This document shows positions 21,458-32,482 of a stretch of DNA of 64,000 nt, in pieces (within the stretch, counting starts at the first letter, position 1; every line of letters begins with the position of its first letter). The notes beneath the pieces are model-generated. The model ran no database searches and was not told where the DNA came from. It worked only from the letters and a program-made list of their open reading frames with translations. The position numbers were made by a program, and so were the translations under genes. The stretch comes from an uncultured Gemmatimonadales bacterium (GTDB lineage: Bacteria > Gemmatimonadota > Gemmatimonadetes > Longimicrobiales > Gaopeijiaceae): positions 192,001 to 256,000 of the forward strand of contig CAWGKG010000023.1 in the NCBI GenBank assembly GCA_963823035.1. Direction: 5' to 3'.

Positions 21458-23712
21458 GTGAACGCCACGCCGATCCTCGCCGCCACGCTTCGCACCCGCG
21501 CCACGCTCGTCGCCGCGCTTCTGGCCGCGACGCTCGGGCGTCGCACCGGAGTCCCACGGCGGCCCTGTCCGCGCAGACGCCGGCCTCCGGCCTCGTGACG
21601 CGCTGGGCGGCGGACGTCGACACGGCCGCGCCGCTTCCCGAGTACCCGAGGCCCCAGATGACCAGGCCCGCCTGGCAGAGCCTGAACGGCTGGTGGGACT
21701 ATGCCGTGCGGGACAGCGCGGCTTCCCGCCCCGACACGTGGGACGGCCGTATCCTGGTGCCGTTCGCCATCGAGTCGCAGCTCAGCCGCGTGGGGCGCAC
21801 CGTGGCCCCCACGGAACGGCTCTGGTACCACCGGACCTTCCGCGCGCCGCCGTCGGGAGACGGTCGACTGCTCCTGCATTTCGGCGCGGTCGACTGGGCG
21901 ACCGTGGTCTGGGTGAACGGCCGCCGGGTAGGCGAGCACCGCGGCGGCTACGACCCCTTCACGGTCGACGTCACCGACGCGCTCGGCCCCGGCGCCGAGC
22001 AGGAGCTCGTGGTGGCGGTCACCGACCCCACGGACGCCGGGAGTCAGCCGCGCGGAAAGCAGGTCGCCCGCCCCCACGGCATCTGGTACACGTCCGTGAC
22101 CGGGATCTGGCAGTCGGTCTGGCTCGAGCCCGTGCCGGCGGCCCACGTCACCGCGCTCGACATCCGCCCCGACGTGGATTCGTCCCGCGTGGTGGTGCGC
22201 GTCGACGCGGCGGGCGCGCCGGCGAACGCGAGCGTCGAGGTCGAGGCGCTCGTCGACGGGAAGAGCGTCGCTCGCGCAGGAGGCCGCATCGGCACGGCCA
22301 TCGCCCTCCCGATCGCCCGAGCCCCACCTGTGGGCGCCGGGCGACCCCTTCCTCTACGACCTGCGCGTGCGCCTGGCGGGCGGCGACTCCGTGTCGAGCT
22401 ACTTCGGGATGCGGAAGATCGCGGTGGCTGCCGACAGCTTCGGGGTGCTTCGTCTCTTCCTGAACGGACGGCCGCTCTTCCAGTACGGGCTGCTCGACCA
22501 GGGGTGGTGGCCCGACGGGCTCTACACCGCCCCCACCGACGAGGCGCTGCGCTACGACCTCGAGGCGACGCAGCGCATGGGCTTCAACATGGCGCGCAAG
22601 CACGTCAAGGTGGAGCCGGCGCGCTGGTACTGGCACGCCGACCGCCTCGGCCTCCTCGTCTGGCAGGACATGCCCAGCGCCGACAATGAGACCGTGGCTT
22701 CGCGCGAGCAGTTCTCGGTCGAGCTGCGCCGCATGGTCGACGCGCTGCGCAACCACCCCTCGATCGTGATGTGGGTACCCTTCAACGAGGGGTGGGGGCA
22801 GCACGACACCGAGCGGACCACCACCTGGCTCGCCGCGTACGACCCCACGCGCCTGGTCAACAGCGCCACCGGGTGGACGGACAAGGGCGTCGGCGACGTG
22901 GTGGACGAGCACGCCTACCCCGGACCGGCCATCCCTGAACGACGACGGCCGGCGCGCGCGCGTTCTCGGGGAGTTCGGTGGGCTCGGCCTCCCGCTCGAG
23001 GGGCATACCTGGGTGCCCCAGGACAACTGGGGCTACCGGACGTTCGCGGACACCGCCGCGCTCGGCACGGCCTACCTGGGCCTCCTGACGCAGCTCCGCT
23101 TCCTGGAGAGCGAGGGGCTCGCGGCCGCGGTCTACACGCAGACCACCGACGTGGAGGTCGAGGTCAACGGCATGATGACCTACGACCGCGCGGTGGTGAA
23201 GCTGCCACCCGCGGCGCGGGAGGCGGCCGCGAGGCTGTATGGACCCGGACCGACCGTCAGGGCGCTGGTGCCCACCTCCCGGGGTGAGGGCGTGGCGTGG
23301 CGCTACACCACCGCCGAGCCGCCCGCCGCGTGGATCGAGCCGGGCTTCGACGACGGCGCCTGGCGCGAGGGCGTCGGGTGGGTTCGGGAGCACGCGGGAC
23401 TCGGGGACGCGGGTGCGCACGCCGTGGACCACGTCGGATCTCTGGCTGCGGAGGACCTTCCTGATCCCCGACCGGCCGCTGACCGACCCACACCTCGTGG
23501 TCCGCTACGACGAGGACGCCGACGTGTGGATCGACGGCCGGCACGTGGCCACCCTCCCCGGCTACAACCGGGCGTACTCCGTCCTCCCGCTCGACGCCGA
23601 CGCGCGCCGGCTCCTCACACCCGGCGCCCACACGCTCGCCGTCCACGTGAGGAACGCGCGCGGGGGCCAGTTCATCGACCTGGGGATCGTGGAGGTACTC
23701 GGCGCCCGCTGA
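21458..23712 (+). CDS. GH2 glycoside hydrolase (frameshifted)
   Basis: PEYPRPQ, LHFGAVDW, GFNMARKH, NHPSIVMWVPFNEGWG, LGEFGG. Confidence 0.88.
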
Positions 23713-23811
23713 ACGTGGCCGGCGGCGCACGCGACCTCAGCCTTGCTCGCCGAGGGGGGTAGCCAGATGTTCCGGCATTCGCAGCCCCCGATGCCCCAGC
23801 GACGCGGACCC

Positions 23812-25132
23812 ATGCGCCCATCCAAGCTCCTCATCCTCCCGATCCTCTTCCTGGCGGCGTGCCGCGGCGAGCCTTCCGGAGACGTGGCCACGGTCGCCGA
23901 GCAGGCGCTCACGCAGGAACAGCTCCTGGGCTACATGGCCCGAGCGGGACGGTCGGGGACCGACACCTACGCGCTCGCGGACGCGTTCGCAGAGGGATGG
24001 CTGGACCTCGCGCTCGTCGCCGAGGCGGTGGGCCAGGGCCTCACGCCCGAGGACACCGCCCTGCAACGCGAGGTCCTGGCGCCGCAAGTCCTGACCGAGC
24101 ACCTGCGCCGCTTGCAGAACGCCCTCGCCGTCGCCCGGAATCCGCTCACCGAGGCCGAGCTCGAGCGCACCTTCCGCGGGGACAGCCTCCGGCTCTACCA
24201 GCGCATCCTCGTGCGGGTGCCCAACAGGCGGAACCCCCTCATCACGGAGAGCCGACGGGCACGCGCGGACTCGATCCTCGCGCTGGCGCAGGCCGGCGCC
24301 CCCTTCGATCGACTGGCCATGGAGCTGTCGGAAGGGCCGAGGGCCTCCATCGGCGGGTACCTCGCCGTGGTGACCCGCAGCGGGGTTTCGGCCCCCTTCC
24401 GCGATTCGCTCTGGGCGATGGAGCCCGGCGGTGTGTCACCGGTGCTCGCCGATCGACGAGGGCTTCCAGATCCTCCGACGGCCTCCCTTCGAGGAGGCGC
24501 GCGAGCAGCTCGCCGCGCACCTCCTCCGCATCGAGGGCGCGCGCGCGGACTCCCTCCTGGCCGACAGCCTCGCCACGGCGAAGGGGCTGTCCCTTCTCCC
24601 CTCGACGGCGAGACGGCTCCGGGCCGTCCTCACGGACCCCGACAGCCTGGCTCCGGATTCTCTCTGGATCGTCCGCTTCGACGACGGCGGCGTTTCGCCC
24701 GCGGAAGCCTGGCACTGGCTCTCCGCCCTACCGGACGCCGCGCGTCTCTCCCTCGCGAGGGCATCCGACGTGGACCTGGAGGCGCGCGGCTCGCTCCGTC
24801 GGCAGGAACGAGCTCCTCTACCGAATGGCTCAGGCGCGGCGGCATCGACGTCACCGACGACGAGATGGCGGAGCTGCGCACGGCATTCGTCTCGGCCGCC
24901 GACTCCCTCTTCGCGACGTTCGCCGGCGCGGACGGGCCGAGGCGGTCGGAGCTGGTGGACTCGATCGTCGGCTCGGTGCTCGAGGGGCGCCCGACCCGCT
25001 GCTTCCGGCGGGCCTCGCGCCGGCCCTCCGCGCGCGCATGCCCCACGCGCTCGACCGTGACGCGCTGGCCGCCGTCGCCCGCGAGGCCTCCTACGAGGTC
25101 CGCGGCGGACAGCGCGCATCTCGGGAGGCTGA
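23812..25132 (+). CDS. Parvulin-type peptidyl-prolyl isomerase lipoprotein (frameshifted)
   Basis: Lipobox FLAAC; RILV, FDRLAMELSE, GGYL, GGVSPV. Confidence 0.65.
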
Positions 25133-25157
25133 CCCGCCGACCGCGGGCCCCCGGAAC

Positions 25158-25195
25158 GACGAAGGGGGGTGGGCCGCTCGCCCACCCCCCTCGTC
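25158..25195. terminator. Hairpin between convergent genes
   Basis: GACGAAGGGGGGTGGGC-CGCTC-GCCCACCCCCCTCGTC. Confidence 0.6.
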
Positions 25196-25220
25196 ATGTG
25201 CCCATCAGGGCGACCCGACG

Positions 25221-26223
25221 CTACGCGACGTTCGACCCCCGCCGGCGCCGCACCAGCGCGATGCCGAGCAGCCCGGTGAGCATGAGGAGGATCGTCGCCG
25301 GCTCCGGCACGATGTGCTCCTCCAGCCACGCCGCGTGCGGCCGCGATCGGCACGTATCCACCGAACTCCCCGAAGCTCGAGTTGAGAGCCAGGTCGACGT
25401 CCCCGACGACCATGTCGCCGAACGTGAGGCCGAAGGAGGCCACGGCGGCGAGGCGTCCGCCCACGAAGAGCGGGCCGCCCGAGTCACCCGGCGCGCTCAT
25501 CGCCTCGAGGTCACCGAGGCCGAGGTCGCAGTAGGCGGCGTTCGTGGCCGTGAAGAAGGCCGTCAGACGGCAGGAGGCATCCTGTGCCGCGAGGCCGTTG
25601 TCGAAGTCGGAGAAGAGGATGTCGTAGTCGCCCCAGAATCCGGCCCAGACCGGGTCCGCGCCGGTGAAGTCGAAGCGGTTGTAGCCGTGGCGGCGAAGGC
25701 CGGCCGGCATCGTGGCGCCGGTGGCCCCCGTCCCCGAGCCCCGAATCCGACCTCGTCGTAGACCTCGCCGACCGCGTCGCCGGTGAAGAGGTCGTAGCTC
25801 TCGACGTCGAGGACCCTGCCGGTCCCGAGATCGATGACGCCGATGTCGTTGGGGTCGATCACGCTCCCGGTGTATCCGGACTTGATCGTGTAGGACGTCG
25901 TCGTGCGGATGACCGTGCCTCCGGCGGGCGGGAAGAACACCGCGTCGACGCTCGTCGCGTCCAGGAGACAGTGCGCTGCCGTGACCACGCCGATGCGCCG
26001 CGCCGACCAGCGAGCCCGTGCACAGGAAGGTCCCGGTCGGCTTCGTGATCAGGAGCCCGGCCACCCCGTCGTAGCCGATGCCTGGGGGCGCCGCGTAGAT
26101 CGGCAGGGACGGATCCGACGCCGTCACGATCGTCGAACGGGCCGTGTACGAGAGGTCGGGCCCATCCGGCGGGGCCGGAGCGAGCGCGGCGACGAGCGCG
26201 AGGACGGGTAGCAGCGATGACAT
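25221..26223 (-). CDS. Trypsin-like serine protease with PEP-CTERM sorting signal (frameshifted)
   Basis: Signal peptide; CTGSL, VTAAHC, DIGVI, GDSGGP; VPEPATILLMLTGLLGIALVRRRR. Confidence 0.85.
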
Positions 26224-26340
26224 GGCATTGGACCCTCAGCGGAGGCTCAATCGGGGGGAAGCCGCGACGAGTATCCGGCACCTTACGACGCGACGGATGT
26301 TCCTGCAAGACCTTTGGCAAGGGAACCCCGGCGGGAAACG

Positions 26341-27126
26341 TCAGAAGGTCAGGCGCAGCCCCGCCACCCCGGTCACGTAGTCCTGCAGGTCGATGTCGAT
26401 CGGAAGGCGGAAGGACAGCTCCGGCCGCCCGCGCACGTGCACCAACCTCAGGAACACCGCGAGATCCTGCTGGGTGCGGGCGTCGAACCCTCCCGCGCCC
26501 GTGAGCCGAACGGTACCCGCCACCCTCCCACCGGCCTGCAACGCCCGGCTGAAGCCCAGCCCCAGCGCGGCCTCGAGACGTGCGCGCACGTCGGTTCCCG
26601 ACCCGTCGTGGGGCGCCAGCGCGATCGCGCCGACGCTCAGGTCTCCGACCGATCCGTCGCGGAACGTCACGTGGGGAGCGAACGCGACGCTCACGCCCCA
26701 CCGTCCCGGGAGGTACCGCTCACGGTGCACCAGGTCGGAGAGGAGCGCCATGTCGGTCGCGAAGTCGTCGTCCCCGAGCTCCCTGGCCAGCGGCACGGAG
26801 ACGAGCAGCTCGACGGGGATGCCCCCGGGATGCGCCCACACGCCCACCGCCGGATTCGCCACCGTCAGGCTTCGCGCCCGGCCGGCCGTCGAGTACGCGA
26901 AGCCCGCACGGACGATCCAGCCGCCTCCCGTCCACCGTGGAACGCGCGCCTCCGCGTCGACGAGCCCTGAGACGAGGTCGTAGTTCTCGCCCATGAGCGG
27001 TCGCGAGAGAGCGACCTCGAAGGCGCGTCGCGCACCCGCCCCCGGGCTCGGCGCCTCCTGCGCCCGCACCGCCGGGGCCGCGAGGACGAGGCACGCGAGA
27101 AGGTTGGCCGCCCCCGCGGCCCTCAT
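26341..27126 (-). CDS. Secreted, probable outer-membrane beta-barrel protein
   Basis: Signal peptide ending AVRA-Q; C-terminal GLRLTF; ATGA overlap with upstream esterase. Confidence 0.6.
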   Translation of the reverse strand: MRAAGAANLLACLVLAAPAVRAQEAPSPGAGARRAFEVALSRPLMGENYDLVSGLVDAEARVPRWTGGGWIVRAGFAYSTAGRARSLTVANPAVGVWAHPGGIPVELLVSVPLARELGDDDFATDMALLSDLVHRERYLPGRWGVSVAFAPHVTFRDGSVGDLSVGAIALAPHDGSGTDVRARLEAALGLGFSRALQAGGRVAGTVRLTGAGGFDARTQQDLAVFLRLVHVRGRPELSFRLPIDIDLQDYVTGVAGLRLTF

Positions 27127-28079
27127 GGCGCACCCGCACCGAAGAAGGCGAGGATCTCGGCCGTGGCGTCGAGGTTCCGGCTCAGCTTCCCCGTGCTCTT
27201 CGGCCAGGGTCCGGTGGGGCCCGGCCAGGTGTGTCCGCCTCCGTTCACGCGATCGAGGCGCACCCGACCGCCGGCGGCGCACCCCTGGTAGCGCTCGATC
27301 GTGACCGTGGTGCCGTCGCCGTTGTCGTCGGGGCGCGTCTCCTGGGCGGGCTGCCCGCCGCAGCCCTCGACGTCCGCCCACAGCGCGACCATGTCGGGCG
27401 CGGACAGGATGTTGGCGCCCGTACCGAAGCCGCCGTAGAAGAAGACGGGATCGGCGTCCCCGTGCACGACGATGACCGGGAAGGGGGCACGCGGAGCGCA
27501 CCGCTCGGCGACGACGCGCAGGATCAGCCCGGCCACCGCCGCGACGCCGGCCGGCGGACGTTCGCTCACGCATCCATAGCGCTGGGCGAGCTGCGCTCCC
27601 TGCGAGTACCCGGCCACGAACACGCGCATGGTGTCGATCGGCAGCCCCGCCGCCAGTTGGCGGACGAGGGTGTTCAGGAACGCGATGTCGTTCACACCCG
27701 CCAGCTCCGCGTCCGTGCACCCGCACCCCACCGCCCAGCTCCCCGCGAAGCCGTCGGGATAGACGGCCACGAAGCCCGCCTCGTCCGTGCGTGCGTCGGC
27801 GGCGATGCGCGCACGAAAGCCGCGTCCGGTGTCGCCGGCCCCGTGCAGGACGATCAGGAGGGGCCGATCCGCACCCGTCTCCGCCCCATCGGGCACGTGC
27901 AGGTCGTAGGTGCGATCGTAGGAGCCCGAGTGCACCCACTGTCCCAGCTGGCCCTCGCCCTCCTGCTTGGAGAAGTCCACCTCGGGGGCGGTTCCCGACG
28001 CCGCGCAGGCGGCGATCCCGATCCACGCCGAGAGGACGAGGATGCGTCCCGTCACGGTGCCACGTCCGAAGCCCTTCAT
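27123..28079 (-). CDS. LpqC/PHB-depolymerase-like esterase lipoprotein
   Basis: LHGAG, AVYPDG, GYSQG, HGDADP, GGHTWPG. Confidence 0.85.
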   Translation of the reverse strand: MKGFGRGTVTGRILVLSAWIGIAACAASGTAPEVDFSKQEGEGQLGQWVHSGSYDRTYDLHVPDGAETGADRPLLIVLHGAGDTGRGFRARIAADARTDEAGFVAVYPDGFAGSWAVGCGCTDAELAGVNDIAFLNTLVRQLAAGLPIDTMRVFVAGYSQGAQLAQRYGCVSERPPAGVAAVAGLILRVVAERCAPRAPFPVIVVHGDADPVFFYGGFGTGANILSAPDMVALWADVEGCGGQPAQETRPDDNGDGTTVTIERYQGCAAGGRVRLDRVNGGGHTWPGPTGPWPKSTGKLSRNLDATAEILAFFGAGAP

Positions 28080-28151
28080 CCCGCGCTCACTCCCTTCCTC
28101 GGCGCCGCGTGCGTTCTTTCCGCTCGCCCTTACGAGGGTCCGCGAACCGCC

Positions 28152-29306
28152 TTACCGCGCGGGCCCGGCGTCCGGGACCATCCTGAAGACCACGCCCTCG
28201 TCCACGCCCACGTAGATGAAGCCGTCGGGACCCTGCTCCACGGCCCGGAAGCGGAGATCGAGGTCCCGGAGGAGCCCCTCCTCGTGGAGCACGCGGCCGC
28301 GCTCGAGGACGATGCGAACCAGGCGGCGCGCGCGACCCATCGCGCCCGCGAAGAGGTTCCCCCTCCAACGCGGGAAGGCGTCCCCCGTGTAGAAGAACAG
28401 GTCGCTCGGCGCCGTGAGCCGCTCGAAGACGAACACCGGCTGCTCGACGCCCTCCGCGTGCGTCCGCCCCTCCCCCACGGGTGTGCCGTCATACTCGATC
28501 CCCCAGGACACGAGGGGCCAGCCGTAGTTCGCGCCGCGGCGCAGGAGGTTGAGCTCGTCTCCGCCCAACGGACCGTGCTCGTCGATCCAGATCTCTCCGG
28601 GGCGCGGGTCCCGCGCCATCCCCTGAGGGTTGCGATGCCCGAGCGTCCAGATCTCGGGGCGCGCGTCCGGCGTCGCCGTGAAGGGGTTGTCCCCGGGCAG
28701 GCGACCGTCGGAGCGGATGCGGATCACCTTCCCCAGGTGGGACCCGAGGTCCTGGGCCTCCCACCGATGATGATGCTCGCCCACCGTGACGAAGAGCCAA
28801 GGCCCGTCCAGGAGGAGCCTCCCCCCATAGTGGTACGCGGTGTCACGCGCGGGCTCGGCACGGAACAGGCGCGTCACCTCCACCAGGCGGCTGCCCTCGA
28901 GCCGGGCGCGCGCCACCTCGAGCGCGGACGCGAGCGAGTCGCCCACGGACCAGGAGAGGTAGAGCAGGTGGTCGTCGGCGAACGTCGGAGACACGACCAC
29001 GTCGTGCAGCCCCGCATCCAGCGCGCCGAACACCGCCGGGAGGCCCTCGACGGGCACCACCTCCCGGGACGCCACGTCCACGATGCTCAGGCGTCCGGCG
29101 GGGCGCTCGGCGAGGAGGAGCCTACCGTCCGGGAGGAAGGCCAGCGCAGACGGCGTCTCCACCCCCGTGACGATCGTCTCCAGTCGGAACCGGACGCCTC
29201 CCTCGGACTCGATCGCGGTGTCCGGGAGGGTCTGCCCCCCCGCCGCCCCCGCCGTCCCGCACATCGCGATCGCCGCCGCCGCCCACCCCGCACCCCGTCG
29301 ATCCAT
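28152..29306 (-). CDS. PQQ-dependent sugar dehydrogenase (YliI/GSDH family)
   Basis: HYGGRL, GHRNPQG, EHGPLGGDELN, NYGWP. Confidence 0.9.
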   Translation of the reverse strand: MDRRGAGWAAAAIAMCGTAGAAGGQTLPDTAIESEGGVRFRLETIVTGVETPSALAFLPDGRLLLAERPAGRLSIVDVASREVVPVEGLPAVFGALDAGLHDVVVSPTFADDHLLYLSWSVGDSLASALEVARARLEGSRLVEVTRLFRAEPARDTAYHYGGRLLLDGPWLFVTVGEHHHRWEAQDLGSHLGKVIRIRSDGRLPGDNPFTATPDARPEIWTLGHRNPQGMARDPRPGEIWIDEHGPLGGDELNLLRRGANYGWPLVSWGIEYDGTPVGEGRTHAEGVEQPVFVFERLTAPSDLFFYTGDAFPRWRGNLFAGAMGRARRLVRIVLERGRVLHEEGLLRDLDLRFRAVEQGPDGFIYVGVDEGVVFRMVPDAGPAR

Positions 29307-29407
29307 GCGTCCTCCTCCTCGATCCACGTCCACCCCGTGCCTTCCGACCCCACCACCCTATCCCCTTTCCCATCGATCAAGCCAATTGAATGAATTGACA
29401 CATCCAA

Positions 29408-29427
29408 TCGATGATTTTTATCATCGA
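29408..29427. promoter_or_regulatory. Candidate LysR operator
   Basis: TCGATGA-N6-TCATCGA in AT-rich divergent intergenic region, just before LysR start. Confidence 0.5.
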
Positions 29428-29429
29428 GC

Positions 29430-30320
29430 ATGGTCCCCGCGATCCAGCACTTCCACGTCTTCCTCGCGGTCTGCGAGGAGGGAGGCTTCGGCGCCGCCGC
29501 TCGCCGCCTCCACATCACGCAGCCGGCCGTGAGCTACCGGATCTCCGAGCTCGAGCGCCTGCTCGGCGTGGAGGTGTTCGAGCGGCCCCGTCGGCCCCTG
29601 ATCCTGACGGCGGCCGGTCGGGAGCTGCTGAGCGTGTGCAAGGGCACGCTCACGGAGCTGCAACGCAGGGTACGCGGTCTCCCGGACGGGGGAGCGCACG
29701 CGGACGAGCCCATCCGCATCGCGGCGTCCGGAGCCATCGGGCGCTTCGTGCTCTTCCCGATCCTCCTTCGTCCCGCCTTCCGCTCCCTTCCCTATCGGCT
29801 CCTCTTCCGCCACCCGGACAAGATCCTCCGCCTCGTGGAGACGGGTGCGTCCGACCTGGGCTTCGTGTACGAGACCCAGGGCCACCACCACCCTCCAGTT
29901 CCACGAGGCGTGCCGCGAGGAGTTCGTCCTCGTGCGCGCCCCGGACCTCCCGTTGCCGGGCGAAGACATCGACGCGCTGGCCTCCGCTTGCCCCGTTCGT
30001 CACGTACGAGGAGTGCGACTACGTCTTCGGGCGGTGGTTCGACGCCGTCTTCGGCGCGGGCGCACCCCACCGGGATTCGCAGCGCGAGCCATTTCGACCG
30101 GCTGGAGGAGGTCCTCGCCATGACGCGGCTGGGCCGCGGCCTGACCGTGGTGCCCGACCACGCGGTCCGCGACGACCTGGCCGCCGGGCGGCTCGTGCGG
30201 GTGGACGTCGAGGGCCGGGGTTCCCGTTGAACCCCGACTATCTGGTCACGCGCCCGGGGTACAGGATGCGCCCGGAGGTCGAGGCGATCCTCGCGGCGCT
30301 GTCGCGGGAGGGGATGAGCC
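29430..30320 (+). CDS. LysR-family regulator (frameshifted; end approximate)
   Basis: FGAAARRLHITQPAVSYRISELE HTH; substrate domain across frames. Confidence 0.85.
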
Positions 30321-30359
30321 GGGCCGACGACCTGCAAGGACGACCCAACGTCCCGCCGG

Positions 30360-32389
30360 TCAGAACACCCGTATCTGGAAGCGCAGCAGCCGCCCCGCCC
30401 GCGGCAGGCCGCAGGAGTCGTAGAGCGCCGTGTTCGACAGGTTCAGCCCGGACACGCTCGTCTCGAGGCCGGCCCGTGCCGCCCCGCGGCGAAAGCGACC
30501 ACACCTTCGACAGCACGGCGTTGAGCCAGGAGCCGCCGTCGAGCCGCACGTCCTCTCCGCTGTTCGGATCGATGCAGTACTGCGCGCCGGTGTACTCCGC
30601 CTCGAACGTGCTCGTCAGACCCGCCGAGCGGGAGCCTCAGGAAGGCGCTCCCCGAGCGCTCGGGCACGTTCTCCGGGTGGATGTTGACCGGGTGCTCGGG
30701 TCGATGAGGTCGACCGACTGCAGCGTCATCTCGCCGCCGACGTCGACCCGCCCAGCGACTGCGAGAAGAGCATCTCCACGCCGAGGCTCGTGAGCTCGTC
30801 GGAGTTCACGCGCTTGCGCATGCGGTCGGGGAGCGAGATGCGCCGGATCGCGCCGTCGAGCGCGTGGCGGAAGCCGACGACCTGGAGCTCACCCGTCGCC
30901 GACGCGGGAGGTGACGCCCGCCTCGACCGCGAAGAGGTGCTCGGGCTTCAGCTCGGGGTTGGGCACGAAGCGGTTGAGCGCCTCCGAGAAGCTCTCGCGC
31001 AGCGCGGGGAAGCGACCCCGCCGGCTCGCGCCGGCGTGCAGCATCGTGTTGCCGCCGTTGACCAGGGCGGAGAGGCCGACGCGGGCGCCCCAGTCGTCGA
31101 TCGTCGGCAGCGGCTCGAGCCCGCCGGTGAGCGGCGTCGTGCCCCGGTCGTAGGCACCGCCGAAGCTGAGGCGCAGCCCGCTCAGGCCGGCCCGGGTCGG
31201 TCGATCAGCCGCCACACGGTCTCGGCGGCGGCGCTGAAGAGCTTCTGCTCGAACGCCCGGAACTCGTCGTCGACCGTCTCGTCGTGGCGGATGTCCGCGT
31301 AGGTGATCGACGAGCGGAAGTCGCCACGCGAGCCCAGCGTGTGGTCGCCGAGCACGCGCATCGACAGCGTCCGGTCGTCCCCGTCCTCGTAGCCGGCGAT
31401 CTCGTCGTAGGCCCGGGACGTGTACGAGCGGATGTCCGTCTTGCCGACGTCGTAGCCGACGGTGGCCTCAAGGTCGCCGCGCCCGGCTGCGGTCGTGCGC
31501 TCGCCCGTGCCCACCGAGGCCGCGACGATCGTGCGCCGGATGTCCGGATAGCGCCAGAAGCGCGGCTCGTCCGCGCCCAGCTCGGCCGCGATCCCCCGTC
31601 GGCCCTTGTGGCTCGCCGCCGAGACGCTCGCCCACGCGCCCCCGTCGGACGCGTAGCGGAAGCCGAGGAAGCCGTCGACGTTCGTGAAGTCCGTGTTGAG
31701 CCGGAGGCCGTCTCCGGTGTCGATCGGCTCGGTCACGTCGCCGGGGAGGGTCACGCCGGGGCTGTCCCGGAAGCCGGCCCCGCAGCACCACGCCCCGCCC
31801 GCCTCCGGTCGTGAACGGTACCGTCGCGTCGGCGCCCGTTCCGTACCCGCCGACGTTGTCGAACATGGCCGTGAACGAGAGGGAGCGGCCCGCCGGAAAG
31901 GAGGTCCCGCGCGCGGCGTTCATCTCGACCACGCCCCCGAGCACGTTGGGTCCGTGCAGGAGGGTGGACATCCCCCGCACGAAGGTGACTTCGCGGATCG
32001 CGCTCGCGGGAAGGACCGAGACGTCCGTGCGCGCGTCGTAGCCGAGCGTGAGCGGCACGCCGTCGAAGAGGACGGCGACCTGGCGCGACTCGGAACCGCG
32101 CACGGAGATCTCGTCCTGGCCGCGCGAGTTGGTGCGCAGGTGCAGCCCCGTGATCTGGCGCAGGAGCTCGCCGGTCGTCGCGGCCGCCGGCAGCCCGAGC
32201 ACGCCGACCTCGACCTCGATCGCGCTGGCGCCGCCGATCGTCGTGACCGGGCGCTGCGAGCGGATCGTGAGTCCCTCGATCCGGAAGACGGTCGTGTCCT
32301 TCACCGGCTCCGTCTGCGCGCCGGCCGAGCGGGGCGCGAAGACGACGGCGATGGACAGACAGGGCGGCGGGCCCGGAAAGACGCTTCAT
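30360..32389 (-). CDS. TonB-dependent receptor (frameshifted)
   Basis: Plug SVRGSESRQVAVLFDGVP, GPNVLGGVV; NPELKPE; ends LRFQIRVF. Confidence 0.88.
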
Positions 32390-32422
32390 GGGGATCGACC
32401 CGGAGGGAGAAGAGGGTCTCGG

Positions 32423-32443
32423 ATTCATGAACAGTTCATGAAT
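32423..32443. promoter_or_regulatory. Palindromic/tandem regulator site upstream of TonB receptor
   Basis: ATTCATGAAC-A-GTTCATGAAT; TTCATGAA repeated at 11 bp pitch. Confidence 0.65.
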
Positions 32444-32482
32444 TCAACTTAGTCGCCCACCCGGGGTCCGCAAAGGGAGCCC

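Noticed and set aside
26305..26319. Sigma-54-like site upstream of the PEP-CTERM protease
   Set aside because: Minus strand reads TGCCAAAGGTCTTGC; the invariant -24 GG is missing.
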